From: Isurus oxyrinchus
Taxonomy: Eukaryota
Length of the DNA stretch: 64,000 nucleotides
Direction: 5' to 3'
Assembly: GCA_026770705.1 (NCBI GenBank)
Contig: JANJGN010000010.1
Span: 1,364,001 to 1,428,000, forward strand
Position numbers and translations under genes: made by a program. This document shows positions 1 through 11,479 of this stretch, in pieces; position 1 is the first letter of the stretch, and every line of letters begins with the position of its first letter. The notes under the pieces were generated by a model, which saw nothing but the letters and a program-made list of their open reading frames with translations, did no database searches and had not been told where the DNA came from.

Positions 1-299
1 GGGCGGTGGGGAGGTGGGGGTTGGGTTGTTTGGAAAGGGGTGGAGGGGAAACAGTGAAAGGTGGTGAAACCCAGCTCAGGCCTTAGCTACAACCCCTGTG
101 CCCGGAATTGGTTATCGCTTCCCAGCTGGACTTTCACTCACTGACTGCGGTTGTGGTTGTCGGCCAGCTCTGACATGCTGCAGACCTTACGGCCAGAGGA
201 GCCTGGGTCAGTGTGCACCATGCTACAGGGCTGTACCTGGTACGTGTCTTGGTCCCAGTCCAGAGAGGGGGGTGGGGGTGGGAGGGCCTGTCAGTGCTC

Positions 300-1640
300 T
301 ATCAGTTGTGCCCAGCATGATGTGCAGGGAGTGGTCAGTCCTTCACACATTTGAGTCCTGGGGGCTGGTGCCCTGGTACTGGGCCACAGGTTGCACATTC
401 ACAGTCAGCTGAGGCACCTTCAGCCTGTAAATAGGAAACTGGTAACTAAGAGGGGGGTCACTCGATGGTCTCATGGAGGGGGTGTATCTCGGTAGGTCCC
501 TGTGCATTGGGCCTCTGATGGGGAGGGTGAGGCCGACATGAGGCATGGGGACATCAAGAGAAAGTGGTTCCGGGGGAGGACAGGATATCAACTACTACCA
601 CAATGGGCTCCAAGGTTAAAGGGGGAGGCAGGGGAATGAATGGAGCGAGGGAAACTTCTCATGATATTCTTCCAGGACGATAGGAGGGATTCTGAGGGTC
701 ACAGAGGGTTAGGAGGCGTTGGAAGCTGGTCTTGGAATAGAACCAGAGCAGCATGGTCTCCACAGCTAATAGAATGACACTGTTGAAAAATAACCTTGGA
801 AAAAATCACCGGGGAGGGGTCTGAGTGCTTGTGGGGTGAGTTGACTACTGCGGTTTTGGGCTGATTGAAGGGGCACCCAAATAATTACCACTTCAGGACA
901 TGGAGAGCAAGGCTGAGTTAAAGCATGTTGTAGTAACTGAAGGTATAGCCTCTCCTGCTGTCTATCAGGGTCACGTGGAGGGAGGCCAAGGTTCCCCATC
1001 CACCTAACCACCATCCCAATCAAAGCCACAGCGATGGTGGGCAGGCCTGAGTGCATATCCAGCAGGTACTGCTGGACCAGTGGCTCCGTGGCAACTGCCA
1101 CTCTTCCACTGGTGACCTCAATGTGCTCGCATGCTGGAGCCACAACATCAGAGAGAACGTGGATAGGATCCTCCACCCTTCATTCTAATTTGTTGACGAC
1201 CTCTGACAATCCTGCCTGCTGTACCCTTGACTGTTTTTGGGACTTCAACATTTTTTTCAGGGCCAATTTCAGAGGCTCGTCATCTGACTCGGACTCAGCA
1301 GTGGCCCGGTCTCCAGCAGTCCTCCGAGTGTCGGAGACCTTGGCTATCACTGCCTCCGCCTTCTGTGGAGTTACGTCTGTGCTGTGCTGTGCCCGATCAT
1401 GACCCCAGGCCTGCTGTAGAACTAGTTCCCTCCGAGGTGTGTGTCTCTGTGCTGGTGGAGGGTGCAGATGAACGTAGTGACGGGTTCCCCTCAGATGCTT
1501 CCTCAGGATCCTTATCCAAGGTGCTCTGGGAGCTGGGGCTAGATGGGCTGGCTGGTGGTGTCCAGGTGCCTTTTCTTGCTGGTGGCTGTAATAGAGAGAA
1601 GAGATAATTAGTGGTTGGCTGGACAGCCACCTACATTAAA
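300..1640 (-). mobile_element. Probable decayed Harbinger accessory-gene region
   Basis: APSTSTETHTS motif shared with 49362-49739 (inside a Harbinger element) and 63770-64000. Confidence 0.4.
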
Positions 1641-1677
1641 GAGCATTGTAAGGAGAATATCATTTTCCTAATATTAC

Positions 1678-2701
1678 TGTGATATACTGAAGCAGGCTTG
1701 TGGGGGCTGCATGTGTGTGTTGTGTTTGCGTGACTAATTTCATTAAACTGCAGACAGTTGGACTGCAAGGTTGGAATCATCAAATGGATGTGTGTAAAAG
1801 CAGGCATTTTGAAATAGAGATGGGAAAGCTAGGATGAGATCTCAGTAGATACAGTATGAATGGAATTTGCATTAGGAGATAAATGAGGAGTGAATTGTTA
1901 GCTGTTTGAATTTCAAAAGAGGCATAACAGGAAGTTATACAACCGGCAAAATCGTAAATAATTAAGAGAAGTTATTAAGTTTATTTTTCCCAAAAGTGCT
2001 GGCCATAAGGACAACATGAAAGATTTTTATATTCTGGGAAAGGAAGCTTCCAAAGGAAGTTTAGAACAATGAGTTTAAAGATAAAAGGGGGGAGAAATAT
2101 ATTTGAGGAAAGATTGGAAGCTGTATGTGAGTGGCCATGTGAGGTCTTGAAATGTGGACTCTGCGAAAACAGACCTGGGAAAAGCAGCCTCTAGCCACCT
2201 CAGGGAAGTGTTTACTTGTTCCAGAAAGCAAAGCTTAGTTACAAGTCTTGGAGTTCCATTGTCAAGTGGGAAGAAGAGAGAAGCTGTAAAATACCTCCAT
2301 TATAGCAACAGTGGGTGCCTTGTGGAAATATTACTGGATGTTTCATAGATTAAGAATCTATTTGGGCTGTTGCCTGAAAAACGGTGTTTATTTTGGGGGT
2401 CTAGTTACCTTTTGTTAAAATTCATTCATGGGATATGGGCTTCGCTGACTGGACCAGCATTTATTGCCCATCCCTAGTTAAGCGGAAGTCTTTTGGGAAA
2501 TGTTGTAAAACTAAATTTAACTGTGTAACTGTAATCTTGTGATCTTTAATCTACATAAGTGGTAGTGGACTCTTTACTTCTGACTTCAGTGCACATACCT
2601 TCTCATAATAAAATACAACTTGCAAATCGTTGTGATAGCTTGGCCAAATTTCTCTTTGGGATTTTGTCAGCCTGGCAATTATCACCTGCCATATCATAAC
2701 A
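1678..2701 (+). mobile_element. Probable solo LTR (Gypsy-like)
   Basis: TG...CA ends, AATAAA near the 3' end, terminus related in reverse to the LTR-like segments at ~3850 and ~19585. No TSD seen. Confidence 0.45.
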
Positions 2702-3229
2702 GCAACCAATGTCCACAGGTGGGCAGTGATACTGCATGGACCCTCACTGGCTTGTTGGGAGATGCTGATCTCGCCTTTGGCACAGAACGGTCCTGGCCCT
2801 CATTGGCCTAGCTCTGCCGCCTGCTCCTTGAAAGGGGTAAGTGGCCTCAATTCCAACATTCCCCCTCTGCTCTGGGGTCTCTCCCTCTTGTTGTGGGCGA
2901 TATTGTCCTGCATAAAGACAGATGGATAGACTGTGAGCAACATGGATGCAAGAGCAGATCATAAGCCTGCTGCGTGTGCTGAGTTCTCGCCAATAAGGGC
3001 TGATGACATGACTCGTGCAGGATGTTACAGGAGTTGGTGATGTTACAGTGTATGTGAGATAACATTTTTTTTAATTCATTCATAGGATGTGGGCTTCACT
3101 GGCTGGGCCAGCATTTATTGCCCATCCCTAATTGTCCTTGAGAAGTTGGTGGTGAGCTGCTTTCTTGAATCTCTTGAAGGGACCTCAGTGCTGATGCCCC
3201 TCCTGCCAGTAGGAAAAGGAGAAGAAAAG

Positions 3230-3845
3230 TGAAACACTTCCCTGCTTTATCCCCATATAGTTGCACATTCTCTCTTTTCAGGAAGCAATCCAATTCCCTT
3301 CTGAATACCTTGATCGAACCGGTCTGCACCACCCTCTCAGGAAGCTCATTCCAGACTCCAGCCACCCCCAGGTGAAAAGATTTTTCCTCACATCACTTTT
3401 ACTCCCTTTTCCAATTACTTTGAATCTGTGTCCATTAGTTCTTGATGCTTCCTTGAGTGTGAACAGTTTCTCAATATTTACCCTGTCCATACCCCTCAGG
3501 ATCTTGAATGCCTCTGTCAAGTCTCCTCTCAGCCTTCTTTTCTCAAGGGAAAATAATCTCAACCTCTCCAATTTATCCTCATAGATACAGTTCTTTATCA
3601 CTGGAATCATTCTTGTGAAACTCCTCTGTATTCTCTCCAGTGTCTTCACGTTCTTCTTCAAGCATGGCACCCAGAACTGGATACACTACTCCAGATGAGG
3701 CCTAACTAGTTTCTTATACAAGTTCAATATGACCTCCTTACTCTTGTACTCAATGCCCCTATTAATAAAGCCCAAGATACTATATGTTTTATTAACGACT
3801 CTCTCAATATGCCCTGCCGTCTTCAATGACTTATGTACATATATA
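3230..3845 (-). mobile_element. CR1 LINE 3' fragment
   Basis: LERIQRSFTRMIP..LFSLEKRRLRGDL. Confidence 0.8.
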
Positions 3846-3848
3846 CAC

Positions 3849-4395
3849 TGTTATGGCACAGTGGATGGTAAATATTGAGCTGCTCAAATCCCAGAGGGAA
3901 ACTTGAAACTGCCACAACTGTTTTGCAATTTGTATTTTTATTTCGAGATGCATGCCTTCAATTCAGAGTAATAAGTCTACCAAGTCTTAGAGGCTTTTTT
4001 ACAAAACTGAATTAAACATTTATTAATAAACGCAATGATTTAAATTACTACTATGATAACTCCTAGCTCCTCGGATTAATCTGACTCCGAGTTACACCTC
4101 CATTAAGGCAACGATAAAACAACATCGATTTTAATAGACTCAGGCAAAGCACACAGTACCCTGGACAATGATATTCAAAGTGAATTCGCTTAGCTTCAGT
4201 TCCTGGAGACAACAGCTTGGTACACAGAGGCTGGAGGCTTTTCACACTTGTTGGATCTTAGAATGCCTTTGTCCTGACACATAACCTCATCTCCTGTATA
4301 CACATTTCTCCCTTTTTAATGTAAATCCCATTGTCCCAATATGTCTTTGCAACTTTACTATGTAATATAAATTTTTCATAGTACTCATATTATCA
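3849..4395 (-). mobile_element. LTR-like fragment
   Basis: caaatcccagagggaaacttg block shared with ~19600 (the Gypsy-associated LTR). Confidence 0.45.
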
Positions 4396-4719
4396 GTAGC
4401 CTTTCAGAATCACAGAATCACAGATTGCAGAAGAAGCCCTTTGGCCCATTGAGTCTGCACCGACACGTGAGAAACACCTGACCTACCTACCTAATCCCAT
4501 TTACCAGCACTTGGCCCATAGCCTTGAATGTTATGATCTGCCAAGTGCTGATCCAGGTACTTTTTAAAGGATGTGAGGCAACCCACCTCCACCACCCTCC
4601 CAGACAGTGCATTCCAGACCGTCACCACCCTCTGCAGTCGATTTGTATCTGCCTCCGTCTGTCTTCTGCCAGTTCGTCTGTGGTGTCTGCATATTTCTCT
4701 GCAGCCCACAGCAGCCTCC

Positions 4720-5146
4720 ATGCCCCCACTCTCCCACACCCCCACACATCCACACTCCACACTCCCACACCCCCACACCCCCACACCCCCACACATCCAC
4801 ACTCCGCATCCCCACACGTCCCCACACTCCCACACTCCCACACTCCCACACCCCGACTCTCCCACACCCCCACACCCCCACACATCCACACTCCACATCC
4901 CCACACATCCCCACACACCCCCACACTCCCACACTCCCACACCCCCACTCTCCCACACCCCCACACATCCACACTCCACACCGCCACACATCCACACTCC
5001 ACACTCCCACACCCCCACTCTCCCACACCCCCACACATCTACACTCCACACCCCCATACATCCACACATCCACACCCCCATACATCCACACTCCACACCC
5101 CCACACCCCCACACGCCCACAAGCCCACACCTACATACCCACACCT
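4720..5146. repeat. Degenerate (CCCACAC/T/A)n ~8-bp simple repeat
   Basis: Direct inspection; source of several spurious HP/VCG-rich ORFs. Confidence 0.95.
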
Positions 5147-5623
5147 CCATTTGAAACTGCTGCCGCTCAAATGTGCCCATCAGCACCTGTGCCTCTGATT
5201 GGATGAAGCTCCCTCACATGACCCACCAGCCAAAGACTTTTGTTATGGGCCCACTGATTGGTTGATTTGTGGCTTCAGCTCGGCCCTATTCACAATTTAC
5301 TATTGAACAGGATTTTATTCTTAACATAAGTTATATTAGACTCTCCGGATATATTAACGATGAATATGAAATGGAATACGAGGGGTGGGTTAAAGGGGAG
5401 GCATCTCAGTGAAACTGAAAATCTGGCAATCTGTTGGGACACTGGGATGCCTTGTTCAAAAGCTGGAATGAACCAGCAAAACCGGAACAGCTGCTCACCC
5501 ATGTTTTGTGGCATTTTATCAAGTGCCTTTTGAAAGTTCATGTACACAACATCAACCACATTACAAAAACAGAATTACCTGGAAAAACTCAGCAGGTCTG
5601 GCAGCATCGGCGGAGAAGAAAAG

Positions 5624-5662
5624 AGTTGACGTTTCGAGTCCTCATGACCCTTCCACAGAACT
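5624..5662 (-). ncRNA. Minimal hammerhead ribozyme (core variant CUGUGGA)
   Basis: Reverse-complement copy of the 10501-10539 motif in the left arm. Confidence 0.78.
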
Positions 5663-6054
5663 TGATTTCGAGTCCAAGAAAGAGTTGAAATATAAGCTGG
5701 TTTAAGGTGTGTGTGTGGGGGGCGGAGAGATAGAGAGAGAGGGAGGGGTGTGGTTGTGTAGACAAACAAGCAGTGATAGAAGCAGATCATCAAAAGATGT
5801 CAGCGACAATGGTACAATAGAACACATAGGTGTTAAAGTTAAAGTTGGTGATATTATCTAAACGAATGTGCTAATTAAGAATGGATGGTAGGGCACTCAA
5901 GGTATAGCTCTAGTGGGGGTGGGGGGAGCATAAGAGATTTTAAAATATTTAAAAGTAATGGAAATAGGTGGGAAAAGAAAAATCTATATAATTTATAGGG
6001 AAAAAAAAGGGAAAAAGGGGGAAACAGAAAGGGGGTGGGGATGGGGGAGGGAGC

Positions 6055-7803
6055 TCACGACCTAAAGTTGTTGAATTCAATATTTAGACCGGAAGGCTGT
6101 AAGGTGCCTAGTCGGAAGATGAGGTGTTGTTCCTCCAGTTTGCGTTGGGCTTCACTGGAACAATGCAGTAAGCCAAGGACAGACATGTGGGCAAGAGAGC
6201 AGGGTGGAGTGTTAAAATGGCAAGCGACAGGGAGGTTTGGATCATTCTTGCGGACAGACCGCAGGTGTTCTGCAAAGCGGTCGCCCAGTTTACGTTTGGT
6301 CTCTCCAATGTAGAGGAGACCACATTGGGAACAACGAATGCAGTAGACTAAGTTGGGGGAAATGCAAGTGAAATGCTGCTTCACTTGAAAGGAATGTTTG
6401 GGCCCTTGGACGGTGAGGAGAGAGGAAGTGAAGGGGCAGGTGTTACATCTTTTGAGTGGGCATGGGGTGGTGCCATAGGAGGGGGTTGAGGAGTAGGGGG
6501 TGATGGAGGAGTGGACCAGGGTGTCCCGGAGGGAGCGATCCCTACGGAATGCCGATAAGGGGGGTGAAGGGAAGATGTGTTTGGTGGTGGCATCATGCTG
6601 GAGTTGGCGGAAATGGCGGAGGATGATCCTTTGAATGCGGAGGCTGGTGGGGTGATAAGTGAGGACAAGGGAGACCCTATCATGTTTCTGGGAGGGAGGA
6701 GAAGGCGTGAGGGCGGATGCGCGGGAGATGGGCCGGACACGGTTGAGGGCCCTGTCAACGACCGTGGGTGGAAAACCTCGGTTAAGGAAGAAGGAGGACA
6801 TGTCAGAGGAACCGTTTTTGAAGGTAGCATCATCGGAACAGATGCGACGAAGGCGAAGGAACTGGGACAATGGGATGGAGTCCTTACAGGAAGCGGGGTG
6901 TGAGGAGCTGTAGTCGAGGTAGCTGTGGGAGTCGGTGGGTTTGTAGTGGATATTGGTGGACAGTCTATCACCAGAGATTGAGACAGAGAGGTCAAGGAAG
7001 GGAAGGGAAGTGTCAGAGATGGACCACGTGAAAATGATGGAGGGGTGGAGATTGGAAGCAAAATTAATAAATTTTTCCAAGTCCCGACGAGAGCATGAAG
7101 CGGCACCGAAGTAATCATCGATGTACCGGAGAAAAAGTTGTGGAAGGGGGCCGGGGTAGGACTGCAACAAGGAATGTTCCACATACCCCATAAAGAGACA
7201 GACATAGCTGGGGCCCATGCGGGTACCCATAGCCACACCTTTTATTTGGAGAAAGTGAGAGGAGTTGAAGGAGAAATTGTTCAACGTGAGAACAAGTTCA
7301 GCCAGATGGAGGAGAGTAGTGGTGGATGGGGATTGTTCAGGCCTCTGTTCGAGGAAGAAGCTAAGGGCCCTCAGACCATCCTGATGGGGGATGGAGGTGT
7401 AGAGGGATTGGACGTCCATGGTGAAGAGGAAGCGGTTGGAGCCAGGGAACTGGAAATTGTTGATGTGACGTAAGGTGTCAGAGGAATCACGGATGTAAGT
7501 GGGAAGGGACTGGACAAGGGGAGAGAGAAGGGAGTCAAGATAACGAGAGATGAGTTCTGTGGGGCAGGAGCAAGCTGAGACGATCGGTCTACTGGGGCAG
7601 TTCTGTTTGTGGATTTTGGGTAGGAGATAGAAGCGGGCCGTCCGAGGTTGGGCGACTATCAGGTTGGAAGCTGTGAGAGGGAGATCCCCAGAGGAGATGA
7701 GGTCAGTGACAGTCCTGGAAACAATGGCTTGATGTTCAGTGGTGGGGTCATGGTCCAGGGAAAGGTAGGAGGAAGTGTCTGCGAGTTGACGCTCAGCCTC
7801 CAC
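6055..7803 (-). CDS. Penelope-like RT + GIY-YIG endonuclease, 5'-truncated but uninterrupted
   Basis: FYLLPKIHK, RPIVS, DVQSLYTSIP, GVAMGTRMGP, RYIDD, LPFLD, CCHH-type Cys/His and LVYCIRC..C..LYIGET.R.L..RF.EH...E...GLN. The GTG start is not a real start; the frame continues to the inversion junction at ~7913. Confidence 0.9.
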   Translation of the reverse strand: MEAERQLADTSSYLSLDHDPTTEHQAIVSRTVTDLISSGDLPLTASNLIVAQPRTARFYLLPKIHKQNCPSRPIVSACSCPTELISRYLDSLLSPLVQSLPTYIRDSSDTLRHINNFQFPGSNRFLFTMDVQSLYTSIPHQDGLRALSFFLEQRPEQSPSTTTLLHLAELVLTLNNFSFNSSHFLQIKGVAMGTRMGPSYVCLFMGYVEHSLLQSYPGPLPQLFLRYIDDYFGAASCSRRDLEKFINFASNLHPSIIFTWSISDTSLPFLDLSVSISGDRLSTNIHYKPTDSHSYLDYSSSHPASCKDSIPLSQFLRLRRICSDDATFKNGSSDMSSFFLNRGFPPTVVDRALNRVRPISRASALTPSPPSQKHDRVSLVLTYHPTSLRIQRIILRHFRQLQHDATTKHIFPSPPLSAFRRDRSLRDTLVHSSITPYSSTPSYGTTPCPLKRCNTCPFTSSLLTVQGPKHSFQVKQHFTCISPNLVYCIRCSQCGLLYIGETKRKLGDRFAEHLRSVRKNDPNLPVACHFNTPPCSLAHMSVLGLLHCSSEAQRKLEEQHLIFRLGTLQPSGLNIEFNNFRS

Positions 7804-7913
7804 GAGGTAGAGGTCAGTGCGCCAGACAACAACAGCACCACCCTTGTCAGCGGGTTTGATGACAATGTCAGGGTTGGACCTGAGAGAATGGAGTGCAGTA
7901 AGTTCAGAGAGAG

Positions 7914-10110
7914 TCCCAGCCCCAGCCGTGTATTCACTATACCCCCTGACCTTCCCCTCTCCGATGCTGAACGTTCAGTGCTCAGCAAAGGACTTAGTTT
8001 CATACCCTTACGCCCTCACCTCAATGAATTTCGGGCTCGGCATGATACTGAACTCTTCTTTCGCCGTCTTCGTCTCCGGGCTCACTTCTTCGGGCAGGAG
8101 TCCTCTCCCAATTCAACGGATCCTTTTACCCATCTCCAATATTCTCCCTCCACCTGGACCCCTCCCTCTGGATTCTTACCTTCTCTTGATCTTTTCATTG
8201 AGAACTGTCGGCGCGACATTAGTCGTCTCAATTTCTTTGCTCCTCTCACCCATTCTAACCTGTCTCTCTCTGAACTTACTGCACTCCATTCTCTCAGGTC
8301 CAACCCTGACATTGTCATCAAACCCGCTGACAAGGGTGGTGCTGTTGTTGTCTGGCGCACTGACCTCTACCTCGTGGAGGCTGAGCGTCAACTCGCAGAC
8401 ACTTCCTCCTACCTTTCCCTGGACCATGACCCCACCACTGAACATCAAGCCATTGTTTCCAGGACTGTCACTGACCTCATCTCCTCTGGGGATCTCCCTC
8501 TCACAGCTTCCAACCTGATAGTCGCCCAACCTCGGACGGCCCGCTTCTATCTCCTACCCAAAATCCACAAACAGAACTGCCCCAGTAGACCGATCGTCTC
8601 AGCTTGCTCCTGCCCCACAGAACTCATCTCTCGTTATCTTGACTCCCTTCTCTCTCCCCTTGTCCAGTCCCTTCCCACTTACATCCGTGATTCCTCTGAC
8701 ACCTTACGTCACATCAACAATTTCCAGTTCCCTGGCTCCAACCGCTTCCTCTTCACCATGGACGTCCAATCCCTCTACACCTCCATCCCCCATCAGGATG
8801 GTCTGAGGGCCCTTAGCTTCTTCCTCGAACAGAGGCCCGAACAATCCCCATCCACCACTACTCTCCTCCGTCTGGCTGAATTGTTCTCACGTTGAACAAT
8901 TTCTCCTTCAACTCCTCTCACTTTCTCCAAATAAAAGGTGTGGCTGTGGGTACCCGCATGGGCCCCAGCTATGCCTGTCTCTTTATGGGGTATGTGGAAC
9001 ATTCCTTGTTGCAGTCCTACTCCGGCCCCCTTCCACAACTTTTTCTCCGGTACATCGATGATTACTTCGGTGCCGCTTCATGCTCTCGTTGGGACTTGGA
9101 AAAATTTATTAATTTTGCTTCCAATCTCCACCCCTCCATCATTTTCACGTGGTCCATCTCTGACACTTCCCTTCCCTTCCTTGACCTCTCTGTCTCAATC
9201 TCTGGTGATAGACTGTCCACCAATATCCATTACAAACCCACCGACTCCCACAGCTACCTCGACTACAGCTCCTCACACCCCGCTTCCTGTAAGGACTCCA
9301 TCCCATTCTCCCAGTTCCTTCGCCTTCGTCGCATCTGTTCCAATGATGCTACCTTCAAAAACAGTTCCTCTGACATGTCCTCCTTCTTCCTTAACCGAGG
9401 TTTTCCACCCACGGTCGTTGACAGGGCCCTCAACCGTGTCCGGCCCATCTCCCGCGCATCCGCCCTCACGCCTTCTCCTCCCTCCCAGAAACATGATAGG
9501 GTCCCCCTTGTCCTCACTTATCACCCCACCAGCCTCCGCATTCAAAGGATCATCCTCCGCCATTTCCGCCAACTCCAGCATGATGCCACCACCAAACACA
9601 TCTTCCCTTCACCCCCCCTTATCGGCATTCCGTAGGGATCGCTCCCTCCGGGACACTCTGGTCCACTCCTCCATCACCCCATACTCCTCAACCCCCTCCT
9701 ATGGCACCACCCCATGCCCACGCAAAAGATGTAACACCTGCCCCTTCACTTCCTCTCTCCTCACCGTCCAAGGGCCCAAACATTCCTTTCAAGTGAAGCA
9801 GCATTTCACTTGCATTTCCCCCAACTTAGTCTACTGCATTCATTGTTCCCAATGTGGTCTCCTCTACATTGGAGAGACCAAACGTAAACTGGGCGACCGC
9901 TTTGCAGAACACCTGCGGTCTGTCCGCAAGAATGATCCAAACCTCCCTGTCGCTTGCCATTTTAACACTCCACCCTGCTCTCTTGCCCACATGTCTGTCC
10001 TTGGCTTGCTGCATTGTTCCAGTGAAGCCCAACGCAAACTGGAGGAACAACACCTCATCTTCCGACTAGGCACCTTCCGGTCTGAATATTGAGTTCAACA
10101 ACTTTAGGTC
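7914..10110 (+). pseudogene. Penelope-like RT/GIY-YIG copy with frameshifts
   Basis: Same protein split over ORFs 7648-8895, 8892-9635 and 8938-10092. Relative to the left copy: 1-nt deletion ~8881, +1 C ~9615 and 8-nt deletion ~10076. Confidence 0.9.
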
Positions 10111-10500
10111 GTGAGCTCCCTCCCCCATCCCCACCCCCTTTCTGTTTCCCCCTTTTTCCCTTTTTTTTCCCTATAAATTTTATAGATTTTTCTTTTCCCA
10201 CCTATTTCCATTACTTTTAAATATTTTAAAATCTCTTATGCTCCCCCCACCCCCACTAGAGCTGTACCTTGAGTGCCCTACCATCCATTCTTAATTAGCA
10301 CATTCGTTTAGATAATATCACCAACTTTAACTTTAACACTTGTGTTCTTTTGTACCATTGTCGCTGACATCTTTTGATGATCTGCTTCTATCACTGCTTG
10401 TTTGTCTACACAACCACCTCTCTCTCTCTCTATCTCTCCGCCCCCCACACACACACCTTAAACCAGCTTATATTTCAACTCTTTCTTGGACTCGAAATCA

Positions 10501-10539
10501 AGTTCTGTCGAAGGGTCATGAGGACTCGAAACGTCAACT
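10501..10539 (+). ncRNA. Minimal type I hammerhead ribozyme (core variant CUGUCGA)
   Basis: AGUU-CUGUCGA-A-GGGUC-AUGAG-GACUC-GAAA-CGUC-AACU: stem I AGUU/AACU, stem II GGGUC/GACUC, palindromic ACGU stem III, GUC cleavage triplet (after 10535). Confidence 0.8.
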
Positions 10540-10649
10540 CTTTTCTTCTCCGCCGATGCTGCCAGACCTGCTGAGTTTTTCCAGGTAATTCTGTTTTTGT
10601 TTTGGATTTCCAGCATCCGCAGTTTTGTTTTGTCTTTATCAACCACATT

Positions 10650-10870
10650 ACCCTTATCTACTCTCTCTGTTACCTTATCAAAAAAACCCAGCAAGTTAGT
10701 TAAGCACAATTTGCCCTTAACAAATCCTTAATTAACCTGCATTTGCCTAAATGACTATTAATTTTGTCCTGAATTCATTTCTAGAAAATTCCCTACCATT
10801 GAGGTGAAACTGACTGGCTGGTGGTTGTTGAACTTATCTTTACCCTCTTTTTTGGACAAGGGTGTAACAA
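10650..10870 (-). mobile_element. CR1 RT fragment, continued at 5500-5562 across the Penelope insertion
   Basis: CLTNLLGFFDKVTERVDKGNVVD joins VVYMNFQKALDK. Confidence 0.8.
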
Positions 10871-10871
10871 T

Positions 10872-11232
10872 TGCAAGAATATGCCAAAGACTGTTGATCC
10901 CAGAACACAGCCCTGTTTGATCCCACTGTGGATCTCTGAGGGTTCCCATGTTTCCCTGTCCATGCTGACCTTACCCATCTTGTTGTCATGGAAACAGGGG
11001 ATCACATTGATCAGTTTTGGAGGGCAGCCAATTTTCTCCAGCAGCTTAAATGGATAGCCTCTCCTCACATCGTCGAATGCCTTGCTGAGATCGATGAAGG
11101 CAATATATAGCGGTCTCCTCTGCTCTTGGTATTTCTCCTGTAGCTGTGGGACTGAGAAGATCATGTCAATTGTAAAACTTCCAGTTCTGAAACCACACTG
11201 GGACTTGGGGTCGATGCGTTCAGTCAGGTAAA
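10872..11232 (-). mobile_element. RTE-clade LINE RT fragment
   Basis: MIFSV.QLQEKY.EQRRPLYIAFIDLSKAFD..IGCPPKL; G.KQGCVL. Confidence 0.8.
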
Positions 11233-11242
11233 TACTTGTCTA

Positions 11243-11475
11243 TTGCTGAAAAAAGAGACATGTCAACGATTTTTATCTTGAACTGATCAGGGCACTCACA
11301 AGAATACCAATATAAGGGGTAAGGTAACTATTTGTGGTCTAGAGGAAGAGAGTTCTGATTAGTTGGCAAGTGGTGTTGCCATGGAGAATGCACCACTGAT
11401 GGTGACTGACAGTTAACTGCCAAGCAATGTGCGAAATTTAAATCAGGCAGTTTGACCCTGCTTGGTCAAGGTTGA
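11243..11475 (-). mobile_element. Degenerate copy of the 42095-42400 repeat family
   Basis: Shared blocks gctgaaaaaagagacat, ttgccatgga(g/a)aatgcacc and gatggtgactga(c/g)agttaactgccaagca. Confidence 0.55.
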
Positions 11476-11479
11476 CTCG

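Larger units (their letters stand above)
5563..10637. mobile_element. Penelope-like retroelement (GIY-YIG type), head-to-head inverted composite insertion
   Basis: Arms 5563-7913 (minus) and 8264-10600 (plus) are reverse complements. RT and GIY-YIG motifs present. TSD ATCAACCACATT at 5551-5562 and 10638-10649. The insertion splits a CR1 RT motif (..VDKGNVVD|VVYMNFQKA..). Confidence 0.95.

Noticed and set aside
4491-5206. Six overlapping HP- or VCG-rich ORFs
   Set aside because: Artefacts of the CCCACAC simple repeat.
6381-7238. 285-aa and other alternative-frame ORFs overlapping the RT
   Set aside because: Off-frame reads of C-rich, stop-poor sequence; no motifs.
7648-8895. 415-aa ORF as a full-length Penelope protein with its own start
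   Set aside because: Its first ~88 codons are antisense sequence of the left arm read across the inversion junction; the true element 5' end is missing.
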